NCBI GenBank assembly: GCA_002269645.1
Contig: NIVC01000920.1
Coordinates: 345,685-409,684 of the forward strand
Length of the DNA stretch: 64,000 nucleotides
Direction of reading: 5' to 3'
From: Macrostomum lignano
Taxonomy: Eukaryota
Shown: positions 12,101-24,609 of the stretch, piece after piece
Layout: every line of letters begins with the position of its first letter
Position numbering within the stretch: the first letter of the stretch is position 1
Notes under the pieces: model-generated
What the model was told of the DNA's origin: nothing
The model's input: the letters and a program-made list of their open reading frames with translations, nothing else
Databases searched by the model: none
Program-made: the position numbers and the translations under genes

Positions 12101-15100
12101 CATTTTAAGTTACAATAACTTATTTTTGTGTTGACAAATTGCTAGTCTTACTACAAGCAACTCGCCTCGCTCACACCCAAACGCAGACTTCATAGTGGTT
12201 GGCTCAGACTCCGGTCGGATCGTCATCCTGGAGTACAATCCCACTAGGAATCAGTTCGAGAAGCTGCACCAGGAGACATTTGGCAAGAGCGGCTGCCGCA
12301 GAATCGTGCCCGGCCAGTACCTGGCCGTGGATCCGAAGGGTCGCGCCGTTATGATTGGCGCTATTGAGAAGCAGAAGCTGGTGTACATTCTTAATAGAGA
12401 CTCGCAGGCCAGGCTGACCATCTCCAGTCCACTGGAGGCTTTTAAGTCTCACACGCTTGTCTACCACATGGTTGGTGAGTGACTCAAAGGTTTACTGTGG
12501 CGAGCCCTAATGTATCTTAAAAAATTCTCATCTATCCCACAATCCCTCAGTCCCAGAATCCCCAGTCCCAGAATCCCTCAGTCCCAGAATCCCCAGTCCC
12601 AGAATCCCTCAGTCCCAGAATCCCTCAGTCCCAGAGTCCCTCAGTCCCAGAATCCCTCAGTCCCAGAGTCCCTCAGTCCCAGAATTCTTTAGTCCCAAAA
12701 TCCCCAGTCCCAGAATCCCCCAGCCCCACAATCCCCAGTCCCAGAATCCCCCAGCCCCACAATCCCCAGTCCCAGAATCCCCCAGCCCCACAATCCCCAG
12801 CCCCAGAATCCCCCAGTCCTACAATCCCCAGTCCCAGGATCCCCCAGTCCTACAATCCCCAGTCCCAGAATCCCCCAGCCCCACAATCCCCAGCCCCAGA
12901 ATCCCCCAGTCCTACAATCCCCAGTCCCAGGATCCCCCAGTCCTACAATCCCCAGTCCCAGAATCCCCCAGTCCTACAATCCCCAGTCCCAGAATCCCCC
13001 AGTCCTACAATCCCCAGTCCCAGAATCCCCCAGCCCCACAATCCCCAGCCCCAGAATCCCCCAGCCCTACAATCCCCAGTCCCAGAATCCCCCAGCCCCA
13101 CAATCCCCAGCCCCAGAATCCCCCAGCCCTACAATCCCCAGTCCCAGAATCCCCCAGTCCTACAATCCCCAGTCCCAGAATCCCCCAGTCCAACAATCCC
13201 CAGTCCCAGAATCCCCCAGTCCTTCAATCCCCAGTCCCAGAATCCCCCAGTCCTACAATCCCCAGTCCCAGAATCCCCCAGTCCTACAATCCCCAGTCCT
13301 ACAATCCCCAGTCCCAGAATCCCCCAGTCCTACAATCCCCAGTCCCAGAATCCCCCAGTCCAACAATCCCCAGTCCCAGAATCCCCCAGTCCTTCAATCC
13401 CCAGCCCCACAATCCCCAGCCCCAGAATCCCCCAGTCCTACAATCCCCAGTCCCAGGATCCCCCAGTCCTACAATCCCCAGTCCCAGAATCCCCCAGCCC
13501 CACAATCCCCAGCCCCAGAATCCCCCAGTCCTACAATCCCCAGTCCCAGGATCCCCCAGTCCTACAATCCCCAGTCCCAGAATCCCCCAGTCCTACAATC
13601 CCCAGTCCCAGAATCCCCCAGTCCTACAATCCCCAGTCCCAGAATCCCCCAGCCCCACAATCCCCAGCCCCAGAATCCCCCAGCCCTACAATCCCCAGTC
13701 CCAGAATCCCCCAGCCCCACAATCCCCAGCCCCAGAATCCCCCAGCCCTACAATCCCCAGTCCCAGAATCCCCCAGTCCCAGAATCCCCCAGTCCAACAA
13801 TCCCCAGTCCCAGAATCCCCCAGTCCTTCAATCCCCAGTCCCAGAATCCCCCAGTCCTACAATCCCCAGTCCCAGAATCCCCCAGTCCTACAATCCCCAG
13901 TCCTACAATCCCCAGTCCTACAATCCCCAGTCCCAGAATCCCCCAGTCCTACATTCCCCAGTCCCAGAATCCCCCAGTCCAACAATCCCCAGTCCCAGAA
14001 TCCCCCAGTCCTTCAATCCCCAGTCCCAGAATCCCGCAGTCCACAATCGCACAGTCCTTTACCCCCGCCGACCCTCAGGCATGGACGTGGGCTACGAGAA
14101 TCCGATGTTCGCCTGCATCGAGATGGACTTCGAAGAGGCCGACACGGACACTAGCGGAGAGGCAGCTCAGAAGGCGCTGCAGCACCTGACCTACTACGAA
14201 CTGGACCTCGGCCTCAACCACGTGGTCCGCAAGTACTCGGAGCCGTTGGAGGAGCACGCCAACTTCCTCATCTGCGTGCCCGGCGGCCAAGAAGGCCCCA
14301 GCGGCCTGCTAGTCTGCTCGGAAAACTACATCACCTATAAGCACTCTGGCGACCAGCCCGATATTCGAATCCCGTTGCCTAGGCGACGCAACGATTTGGA
14401 CGATCCCGATAGGTCTGTCATGCTGGTGTGCGCCGCTTCTCACAAGACTAAAACCATGTTCTTCTTTCTGGTGCAGACTGAGCAGGTAAAGCCATTTGCT
14501 TTCAGGTTTTGGTTCTTCCCTTTACTCACCTCTCCCTCTCGCCTGCCCCTCCGCCCATCGTACACTGACTTTCGCCTTCTCTCCGTTTCCTCCCTCGTCT
14601 TCTCCCCGTCTCCCCTCTCGCCTTCTCCCCGTCTCCCCTCTCGTCTTCTCCCCGTCTCCCTCTCGCCTTCTCCCCGTCTCCTCCATCGCCTTCTCTCCGT
14701 CTCACCCCGCCTTCTCTCCGTTTCCTCCCTCGCCTTCTCCCCGTCTCCCCTCTCGCCTTCTCCCCGTCTCCCTCTCGCCTTCTCCCCGTCTCCTCCATCG
14801 CCTTCTCTCCGTCTCACCCCGCCTTCTCTCCGTTTCCTCCCTCGCCTTCTCCCCGTCTCCCCTCTCGCCTTCTCCCCGTCTCCCTCTCGCCTTCTCCCCG
14901 TCTCCCTCTCGTCTTCTCCCCGTCTCCCTCTCGTCTTCTCCCCGTCTCCCTCTCGTCTTCTCCCCGTCTCCCTCTCGTCTTCTCCCCGTCTCCCTCTCGT
15001 CTTCTCCCCGTCTCCCCTCTTGTCTTCTCCCCGTCTCCCTCTCGTCTTCTCCCCGTCTCCCTCTCGTCTTCTCCCCGTCTCCCTCTCGTCTTCTCCCCGT

Positions 15101-18100
15101 CTCCCCTCTTGTCTTCTCCCCGTCTCCCTCTCGTCTTCTCCCCGTCTCCCTCTCGTCTTCTCCCCGTCTCCCTCTCGTCTTCTCCCCGTCTCCCCTCTTG
15201 TCTTCTCCCCGTCTCCCTCTCGCCTTCTCACCGTCTCCCTCTCGTCTTCTCCCCATCTCCCCTCTCGCCTTCTCACCGTCTCCCTCTCGTCTTCTCCCCG
15301 TCTCCCCTCTCGCCTTCTCTCCGTCTTGCTCACTATCAAGCTCAATTGAACTCCATCTCAGGGCGACGTGTTCAAACTGACGCTGGAAACAGACGAAGAC
15401 TTGGTCACGGAGATCCGTCTGAAATACTTCGATACGGTGCCAGTAGCTGCCAGTATGTGCGTCCTCCGTACCGGCTTCCTGTTCGTGGCCTCGGAATTTG
15501 GCAACCACTATCTGTACCAGATCGCTCATTTGGGCGACGACGATGAGCCGACGTTCTCTTCGGCGATACCGCTGGACCAGGGCGACACGTTCTACTTTGC
15601 GCCTAGGCCGCTGCGCAACCTGGTTATGGTTGACGAATTGGATAGCCTCTGCCCAGTGATGGACTGTCAGGTGGGTCTGAGCTGTGCGGCTCAATTATAG
15701 GGCATAGTGTACTTTTGGGTAATTGGTTAGATTAACATTGGCCGAAAGTTTAGTATGTGTTTTAGGGTGAAGTTTTGGCTATGTACTTTAGGGTGAGTTG
15801 TTCTATATGTACTTTAGGGTGAGTTGATGTACTTGAAGGCGAGTTGTTCTATATGTACTTTAGGAACAGTTGTTGGATATGTACTTTAGAGCAACGTGTC
15901 GATACGCTCTTTGCTCAACCCACCGTCCCTTCCCCCCGCAACCCCAGGTGGCGGACCTGGCCCGCGAGGACTCGGCCCAGCTGTTCACCCTGTGCGGCCG
16001 CGGTCCCCGGTCCTCGTTGCGCGTCCTTCGTCACGGCCTGGAGATCAGCGAGATGGCCGTGTCGGATCTGCCCGGCAGTCCCAACGCCGTCTGGACAGTG
16101 AAACGATTCAGCGATGAGGAGTTCGACTCCTACATTGTGGTGTCGTTCGTCAACGCCACCCTGGTGTTGAGCATCGGCGAAACCGTGGAGGAAGTCACCG
16201 ATTCCGGATTCCTGGGCACCACGCCGACACTGCAGTGCGGCCAATTGGGTGCCGACGCTCTCGTGCAGGTGCGTAAACTGAATTGAGAATGTACGCTGGG
16301 ATAGGGCGTCTAATGTACAATTGTTGGAGGGCGTTCTAATGTACGCATGCTGAGGGCAAGAGATTGAACAGATTGAAATGTACACTGGGGGGTAAGACAT
16401 TAAAATGTACATTGGGGTTAAAGAGTTTGTGTAGTGTGTACACTGGGGGTAAGGAGTCAGTGTACATTGGGGTAGGGAGTCAGTGTACATTGGGGTAAGG
16501 AGTCAGTGTACTGGGGTAAGGAGTCAGTGTACTGGTGTAAGGAGTCAATGTACATTGGGGTAGGGAGTCAGTGTACACTAGGCTTAATATTGGACATCTA
16601 TGCCTGATCCCTGCAGGTGTACCCTGACGGCATTCGCCACATCCGGGCGGACAAGCGCATCAACGAATGGCGCGCACCTGGTAAGCGGATCATCGCCAGA
16701 TGCGCCGTCAACCAACGCCAGGTGGCCATCGCCCTGGCCGGCGGCGAGCTGGTGTACTTCGAGATGGACGCGGCCGGCCAGCTGAACGAGTACACCGAAC
16801 GGAAGGACATGTCTGCAGATGTGGTCTGCATGGCTCTTGGCCGGGTGCCGCCCGGTGAGCAGCGCTGCCGGTTTCTCGCCGTGGGACTGTCGGACAACAC
16901 CGTCCGGATCGTCAGCTTGGACCCGGCCGACTGCTTGGCGCCGCTCAGCCTGCAGGCGCTGCCAGCGCCGCCTGAGTCTCTGTGCCTGGCTCAGCTGGGA
17001 TCTACTTTGTCAGGTTGGTCTCTGGGGTTTGTCTAGTGCTGAGTTACTGGGGTTTATCTACTGCTGAGTTTCTGGTTTGTCTACTGCTGAGTTTCTGGTT
17101 TATCTAATGCTGAGTTTCTGGTTTATCTACTGCTGAGTTTCTGGTTTATCTACTGCTGAGTTTCTGGTTTATCTACTGCTGAGTTTCTGGTTTATCTAAT
17201 GCTGAGTTTCTGGTTTGTCTACTACTGAGCTTCTTCAGCTCATGATTTCGATTTTTGTCTAACGAGAAAAGTGATTTTCGCTTTATCTCTTATGCCTCTA
17301 CAGACTGCCTGTTACTACTTACAACATAACCATCTCTGTAGTATAAACATAATTCCCTTCCCATTAATTCTCCAATCAGGCGCCGCTCCGGACGCTCCCG
17401 GCGGCGTCAGTGGCGGAGGCGACGTGGGCTGGAGCGCCGGCACGCACTACCTGAACATCGGGCTGCAGAATGGGGTGCTGCTTCGGGCTCTGATCGACCC
17501 AGTGACTGGAGACCTGTCCGACACCCGCACCAGGTACCTGGGCAGCCGGCCAGTGAAACTGTTCCGAGTGTTCGTCCAAGGCTCGGAAGCTGTGCTCGCC
17601 ATCTCCTCGCGATCTTGGCTTTATTACACCTACCAGAGCCGCTTCCACCTGACTCCGCTGTCCTACGGTAGTCTGGAGTTCGCGTCCGGCTTCTCGTCTG
17701 AGCAGTGCCTGGAGGGCATTGTGGCAATAAGTGCCAGCACTTTGCGGATTCTCAGCCTAGAGAAACTCGGCACCGTGTTTAATCAGGTTTGCGCTTATTG
17801 TGTTTTGCTGCTGCAGCTGGCCTGGCTGAGGGCAATAGACAGACAAACACAGACAGGCAGACAGACAGGCACTTAGGAAGACAGACAGACAGACAGACAG
17901 ACAGACACTAAGACAGACAGAAAGACAGTCACTAAGACAGACAGACAGACAGACAGACAGACTGACAGACAGACGGACGCTAAGACAGACAGGCAGGCAG
18001 ACAGGCAGGCAGAAAGACAGACAGAGAGACAGACAGACAGACAGACACTAAGACAGACACTATTACACCATGTGCCCCCTCCCCGCCCGCAGGTGACCTT

Positions 18101-20730
18101 CCCCCTGCAGTACACGCCGCGCCGCCTGCTGCTACACGAGAGCGGCCAAGCCGTGCTTATCGAGACTGAGCACAACGCCTTCACTGAGGACAGCAAGCAG
18201 CAGAAGAAGCGCCAGATTGCTCAGGAGATGCTGGAGCAGGCCGGAGCCGACGGTGACCGATCCGGTGACGCCCAGCTGGTCAGGGAGATGGCCGCCGCCT
18301 TCCTCAGCGAGAACCTGCCAGAGCCAGTGTTTGGCGCACCCAAGCCGGGCGCCGGCATGTGGGCCTCCGTGATCCGCGTGATGCGACCGCTCACTGGCCA
18401 GACTGCTCAGATTATCCGACTACAGCAGAATGAAGCTGCGCTCAGCATCTGCCTGTGCCGGTTCGCCTGCAACCCCATGGAATCCTACCTGCTAGTTGGC
18501 ATTGTCAAGGACATGACCCTGGCGCCCAGGTCCGTTGGCGGCGCCGTCCTGCGAACCTATCGGGTTGTTGGCGCTCTCGAAAGGCTGGACTTTCTGCACG
18601 AGACCGCTGTGGAGGATGCGCCTCAGGCTATGTGCCCCTTTCAGGTGCACGACCGCTTTTATCTACCTGGTTACGAATTGTACCTGTGTTGGGGAGATTT
18701 CTGGGAGAGGGGAGGAGAAGTTTTGGGAGATTTCTGGGAGAGGGGAGGAGAATTTGAGGGAGATTTCTGACTGTGTTGGGATTTGTGGGAGATTTCTGTC
18801 TGTTGGAATGGGATTTGTGGGAGATTTCCGTCTGTGTTGGGATTTATGGGAGATTTCTGTAAAAATAATTTATAATTTTTTCAGGGTCGCGTCCTGGTCT
18901 CAGTCGGTCGCGTGCTGCGAATCTACGATTTGGGCAAGCAGAAAATGTTGCGCAAATGCGAGACCAAAGCCCTGCCCAACTACATTGTGTCCGTAGCGGC
19001 TTTCGGCGACCGCGTGGTCGCTGCCGATGTGCAGGTGAGAAATTGTAGCACACAGTCTGAGCTTAGTAATATTAGTTCATTTCTTGCGTTCCGTAGCAAA
19101 TTATTCCATAAAACTCCAATTATATGCTGGATAAATATCAGTAGCTAATAAGAGTTTAATATTCTGTTCTATTGTTACATTAAAATATTTGATTAATATG
19201 TGTACCATCCTAAGCTGTCGACGTCTTTCTGTTAGAAGTAAGCCGATATGTATCGAAAACAGCATGATAAAGCAGTTTTAGCCATCTACTATTTTGAGAA
19301 GTCTATATGTATCGGAAACAATACGATAAAGCAGTTTTAAGCTCTTTGTTATAAGTCAGCCGAAATGTATCGAAAACAATATGATAAAGCAGTTTTTGTT
19401 TCTCGCTATTTTAAGCAAGCCGATATGTATCGAAATCAGAATGATAAAGCAGTTTTAGCCATGTGCTATTTTAAGTTAGCCGATATGTATCGTGAAACTA
19501 TTTCATTGAGGAATTTTAGTTTCCCTGTAATCCGATATGTCTCGAAAAACATGATAAAGCAGCTTTAGTTTCCCGCTATTTTAAGTAGGCCGATATGTAT
19601 CGAAAACAATATAACCAAGTATCTCAAAACCCTACGCCTGCAGGAGTCGGTCTTCTGGATGCGCTACCGAGCCTCGGACAACCAGCTGCTGGTGTTCGCT
19701 GACGATTCGCTGCCCCGCTGGGTGACCTGCCTGGCCATGCTGGACCAGTTCAGTGTCGCTGTCGGCGACAAGTTCGGCAACATCAGCGTCCTCCGCCTGC
19801 CGCCCGACGCTGTCGAAGACGACGCCGACGATGTTGGCGACCTGGGCTCGGCGCGCGGCTCCCTGTTTGACAGGGGCGGCCTGCTGGGCAGCTCCAGCCA
19901 GAAATGCGTGGCTGAGTGCACCTTCCACGTGGGCGAGGCGCTGAGCAGCCTGCGGAAGACCAGCCTGGTGCCCGGCGAGAACGACTGCCTGCTGTACACC
20001 ACCATCAGCGGATCCGTGAGTGCCGGCTTGGCTGCAGTCTGCCGCACCCCCCTGCCTGCACTACCAGATCCCCACTTTAAACTTCTGACATCATAGATTG
20101 CACTTTAAGCTCCTGGCATCTCAGATATCCCCACTTAAAGCTCCTGGGATCTCAGATCCCCACTTTAAGCTTTTGACATCCCAGATCCCCACTTTAAGCT
20201 CCTGACATCCCAGATCCCCACTTTAAGCTCCTGACATCCCAGATCCCCTCTTTAAGCTTTTGACATCCCAGATCCCCACTTTAAGCTCCTGACATCCCAG
20301 ATCCCCACTTTAAGCTCCTGACATCCCAGATCCCCTCTTTAAGCTCCTGGCCGACCAGATCCACACGCTCTGCTTTTGACACGGATTCCCACTTTTATCT
20401 ATCTAACATCCCAGACCCCTAGCGACAATTGAACCCTCCCTCACTCCTCAGGTGGGCATCGCGCTCCCCCTGGCCAGCAAGGAGGAGCACGACCTGTTCC
20501 AGCACCTGGAGCTGCACCTGCGCTCCCAGCACCTGTCCCTGCTTGGCCGGGACCACCTGCAGTTCCGGTCGATGTACTTTCCCAATCGGCGAGTGATCGA
20601 CGGCGACCTGTGCGAGATGTTCAACAACCTGGAGCCGGCCAGGCAGAAGGAGATTGCCCAGGAGCTGGATCGGACACCCAGCGAGCTGTCCAAGAAGCTG
20701 GAGGACATCAGGACTCGGTTCGCTTTCTGA
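9171..20730 (+). CDS. SF3B3: Splicing factor 3B subunit 3 (SAP130), 11 exons, 1235 aa
   Basis: Exons 9171-9396, 12187-12474, 14079-14485, 15362-15670, 15948-16268, 16617-17013, 17380-17786, 18093-18644, 18885-19034, 19644-20015, 20452-20730. All are GT-AG, phases are consistent and the total is 3708 nt. Hallmark peptides: [110 protein letters not shown] at 20884. Confidence 0.97.
10232..10816. mobile_element. Non-autonomous DNA transposon (MITE, 585 bp) with 8-bp target-site duplication (hAT/P-like)
   Basis: Terminal inverted repeats ccatagtcaggatgatgtacat / atgacatgatcctgactatgg. Identical flanking ccttgata at 10224-10231 and 10817-10824. Clustered subterminal (t)ggcgta motifs. Confidence 0.85.
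10870..11620 (-). mobile_element. Highly decayed RTE/Proto2-like LINE RT fragment in SF3B3 intron 1
   Basis: Minus-strand frames give [25 protein letters not shown], then (after a frameshift) [57 protein letters not shown]. This is the same RT-thumb region as the 7.4-8.3 kb element. Confidence 0.72.
12530..14045. repeat. C-rich minisatellite (cccagtcccagaatcc / ctacaatcc units), SF3B3 intron 2
   Basis: Tandem 15-17-bp units with higher-order repetition. Confidence 0.95.
14530..15325. repeat. Pyrimidine-rich minisatellite (tctccccgtctccctctcgtct), SF3B3 intron 3
   Basis: Tandem ~22-bp units; source of the long SPRLP/RREG ORFs. Confidence 0.95.
15770..15890. repeat. Short minisatellite (atgtactttagggtgagttg), SF3B3 intron 4
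   Basis: 4-5 imperfect copies. Confidence 0.75.
16375..16580. repeat. Minisatellite (gtcagtgtacattggggtaagga), SF3B3 intron 5
   Basis: About 8 imperfect 20-23-bp copies. Confidence 0.85.
17035..17230. repeat. Minisatellite (ctactgctgagtttctggttt(a/g)t), SF3B3 intron 6
   Basis: About 8 copies of a 23-bp unit. Confidence 0.9.
17835..18060. repeat. (AGAC)n microsatellite with taagacagac variants, SF3B3 intron 7
   Basis: Direct reading. Confidence 0.92.
18690..18860. repeat. Minisatellite (gggagatttct..), SF3B3 intron 8
   Basis: Repeated gggagatttctg units. Confidence 0.8.
19240..19610. repeat. ~60-bp tandem repeat (gccgatatgtatcgaaaacaatatgataaagcagtttt..), SF3B3 intron 9
   Basis: 6-7 copies at ~60-bp period. 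Confidence 0.88.
20080..20420. repeat. 29-bp minisatellite (gatccccactttaagctcctgacatccca), SF3B3 intron 10
   Basis: About 10 copies; the same family recurs at 26020-26140 and a derivative at 27530-28340. Confidence 0.92.
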
Positions 20731-21020
20731 GTCATTGTGACAAACTGTTTGACTCTGCGGACTTTTGTCCGAGTTAATTGTGCCGTTTTTCCTAATAACT
20801 TTTCTTATTCGTGTTGTCTGTTGAATTATTATTAATAAGTATAATGTTTAGTAATCATTATGTACAGTTTCCAGTCCGGTGGAAATAAACTTGCAGCAAT
20901 CCTAGCGCTCGCATTCAAACTGCCTGGCGTTTTTTGTTAAATTCAATTTCTAGGAATGAGCAGCTAATTAATAATAAATGCTGGTGCTGAGTATGCCCTG
21001 GTTTTTCTACTCTATTAAAG

Positions 21021-21769
21021 TATAGCTTTTTGCAGCCCATTTGGGCTTACGCGCATTGAATTTAATCCAAGATATGTTTGTCAAAGTAATGGAGCTTTTG
21101 TCTATGGTAGCAAGGCTGGCACAGCGGCATTTAATTTGGTCCAACAAGCATCAATTTGGTCCATTTAGTTCATTTGCAGCTCAGTCCCAGAATTGTGGAC
21201 CATATGCTAGGCTGTTGAACGGATGTCATTGGCTTGTGATCGAAGCACTCGACGGAGGTGAACACCCAAAGGACATTGCAAGGTTGCTGAATGTAAAAGA
21301 AAAGGTGGTTTACAGCATCCAGCAGCGCGTTGAAACTCTGCCGGCAGAGATTGCCTGCGAAAGGTTGGCAATCGCCAAGGAAAGTTGCTCGAGAGCCTCA
21401 GGTCCAACTGCTACTCGATGCAGTGGAGACGAACCCTTTGTTGACGTTGCCGAAATGCAGCAGAAGTTGAGGGAACAGCTCCAGTTGGTTATCAGATTTC
21501 GACTATCAGCAGAGCTCTGGAAAAGCAACTGAAAATTTTTGGTAGAGACGCTGACATTCCAGCGGTGCGAACAACCTGCAGACGGTTGAGAGAAGGCAAG
21601 AGTTTGTCCAATGACTCACGAGTGTTTGGACCAAATGGATGCTTGTTGGACCAAATTAAATGCCGCTGCGCCAGCCTTGCTACCATAGACAAAAGCTCTG
21701 TTACATTAGCAAACGTAACTTGGATTAAATTAAATGCGCGTAAGCCCAAATGGGCTGCAAAATGCTATA
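21021..21769 (+). mobile_element. Tc1/mariner-like non-autonomous deletion derivative (~750 bp, ~140-bp TIRs)
   Basis: tatagctttttgcagcccatttgggcttacgcgc..ccaacaagcatcaatttggtcca at the left end is the reverse complement of the right end (..gcgcgtaagcccaaatgggctgcaaaatgctata). TA flanks both ends. The interior retains an HTH-like peptide (LVIEALDGGEHPKDIARLLNVKEKVVYSIQQR). The element is absent from the paralogous segment at ~26730. Confidence 0.8.
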
Positions 21770-21970
21770 TTGGCAGTCCGCGGCAATGTGCAGCAATATC
21801 CGAGCAAAAGAGGCAATAATAACGACTATGAATTTTCATGAGATGTTGCAATCATCGTGGCATCAACTTTTCATTTAAAGTAAGCCATCACCAGAGAACA
21901 CACTAATCTATTTTATTTAACAATATTAATATTAGTTGTGGTCTCATCAGCAGGTGTATTAATATGCGGT

Positions 21971-23887
21971 CTATTCAGGCAGGTGCAGTACAAACTGAAT
22001 CTGGCCATGCGACTGGGTTTTCTCGCATTTGATGGGCTTTCCGCCAACCAGATCTTGCATGCACCTCTGTACCATGTTAGCCAGCTGACGAAAGTCTTCA
22101 ATGCTGCTCAAGTTGGTCTGGCGGATGCGGGGACAATCTTCGAGAACTTTGTGTAGAGCCTGCAGCATCCAGCCACCTGTGTCTGGCCGAGAGTAGGCCA
22201 TGTGCCCTGGACAGCTGGCGAAAAGCGCGGAGCAGCCCGGCACAAGACTTGGCAACGAGCTGCCAGCGGTTGCAGCGTCTTCAAAGCTGAAGACTTCAAA
22301 GCTGAAGCCTTCCAGCCCGGTGCTGAGCTCATCAACACTGTGCCGATAAGCGCCTCTGCAAGCCTGGTAGAAGACTCTGACGTGGCTGGCAATTTTTTTC
22401 AATTTGTTTACCAATTTCGGAAGTTCAACAACTGTTCCGTCTGAGAGGACAAAGCCGTCTTGAGATCCATGGGCCGATATGAACAAGTAAATTTTAATAT
22501 TTGATGACGCATTGGCTGAATGGCGTTTGCATGAATTTAATATGGCCTTGATGAAATCTGAATAGGTGCTTTTTAAGATATTATATCCATGCAGCATGTA
22601 GATGTTGTTTTTTATGCAGCCAAGCATCTCAGAAATTTCTCTGCAGTTCTTAAAATCGGCGTCGCAACCAGACCTATCCGGAAGATTACTCGTACTTCCT
22701 GAGGTGCTGTAGCTCTGCACAAACACGCCCACCGCTAACAGAGTGTTCTGTCCGGACTCTGCGCGTACATGTGCCAGCTCAGCGGGTTCCTCACCCACTA
22801 GCTGGGGTAAGTCTGTAATTTGTGTTTGTCTGTATCCTTGAGGATCCAAACCTCTAGGAATTCCAGTTCCCAGCAGAAATTCAAATCCTACAGCTTGCAG
22901 CAGGCGCACCATGTTGCTCACTCCATGTTGTTCGGTAATAGAAGTCACAGCCCGCTCCAAGTAAATATTTAGCGAATCCCAACCGGAAAATTGGGCATGC
23001 AGTGAATCTGTAGACCTCAAGGCCACTGAAAGCTGCGCTATGTTGAATCTGCTGGACCTGCTGCGGTCTGTGAAAAAGGAGGTTATGGCGAAAACTTAGA
23101 GTTACCCTACTGATAACCATAATTTCCACGACTTTTTAACACTTGGGGAATAGGCAAGATGAACAAGCAGTGCACTTCATCTCTACAAATGAATAAAGTG
23201 AAAACAAGTTAATCAATTACACACCGGTTAAGTGGAAGGCTTGACGTGGCCTTTTTGGGGGAAAATTTCCCAATAGACACGCACAGTTGAAATATTGTAA
23301 CTGACTCCAGGTCAGGCCGCCGATTCCTGGGAATGCAATCGTACAGGTCGCTTTCATGCACTATGCCGCCAAGAACAGGTCGCCCGTCTGCTGTTACCAA
23401 CAGAACATGAAGCAGCCACCTGCTGCCAGAATAATAATTGCATCGTCCAAGTTGTTCCTGACTGCATTTCGGTACTCCTCAAGGCTGCCAATCTGAATTG
23501 CCCGCAGTCTGACTGACGGCATTGATCGTAAGTTACCCAAGGTTTCAACTAGCGGGTGAGGGCTCAGAACAAGTAGTCGCAAAGTGATCGTACTGATTGA
23601 GGCGGCCTCAGCAGGGGGAAGTGAGGCGTCACTTTGCCGTTGCAGGCCTTGCGGCTCTGAAAGGTCATTCGACGTAAAGAAGACGTTGAAAACTGCATTG
23701 GCTTGCAAAAAGGAATCAACTTTTAGTTGCTGGGCAAAAGTCATGCGCACAAACCTGAATGATCTGGCAGCGGAGCAACATTGTCCTCTTCGGGATCGGC
23801 AGAAACGCTCGAGTTTCTGGTCCTGCCGATTGGTGCTGCAGCTTCCGGAGGCAAATTTTCTTTGTTAGAATGGTTTTGCTGGTCCAT
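21971..23887 (-). CDS. Caspase-like protease A (peptidase C14A) with N-terminal degenerate caspase-like domain
   Basis: The catalytic region reads DRSGCDAD, ISAHG..SDG, FYQACRG, ASCPGHMAYSRPDTGGWMLQAL. Proposed exons: 23887-23755 (MDQQNHSNKE..), ~23692-23420, 23390-~23222, ~23067-21971. Joining exons 2 and 3 needs a 29-nt GT-AG intron or a frameshift; the exon 3 donor is uncertain. Confidence 0.82.
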
Positions 23888-24609
23888 TTTAACTCTGGAT
23901 TGGAGCTGCAGATATTAAATACAATATTACTGTTATGGAGGCGGCAAAAAACATGAGTGTAAAGTAATTAGGAATTCCTTACTTAGCCTCTTTAAATGAA
24001 AAGGTGCATCATCTATGCTCATCTAAGGTTGCATTGTCAGGTATTTTGTAATAAAATAAAGCAAACTATTAAAACAATTTGAAACAAGGTACTCAGTATT
24101 TTTGATGGGTAGAACCATGTTGGGGTAGGAGTGAATGCACAGATGGCTGTCTCATGCCAGGTGAGGTTTCCAATGAACTTTTGCACCCTTAAGAATATTT
24201 AAGAATATTTTATATTATCCTGGCCTATACAGAATGAATGCATTTGGTTTGGTTGAGTCCACAGACCTAAAAATATAAAGACTATGCATTGGGAATTCTT
24301 ACAGTATCATAATAGTCATAAAAAGTGCTTCTTCTTTAGAAAAAAAAACAATTTTTGTGACAACCTTTCTTTTTCTAGCAAAATATTGTAGCAAAATGCT
24401 CAAAACTTCAAAGCCTTTTTCAAAGATTTTTGCTCTCATGAATACACAAATTTGCCAAATAATTTAAATTATCTGCATGCTTAGGTAAATCATCAGTAAG
24501 GTTCAAAATGGTCTAGATACATGCAAGAGGTTTGAACTCAGCAATTCGAGCTGTAAGAACTCCTAAACTTCTAAAAAATGTTCATCAATTTTTCAGCAAC
24601 AAGAGCCTT

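Noticed and set aside
14440-15694. Long SPRLP/RREG low-complexity ORFs
   Set aside because: They are translations of the intron-3 minisatellite of SF3B3 and its antisense.
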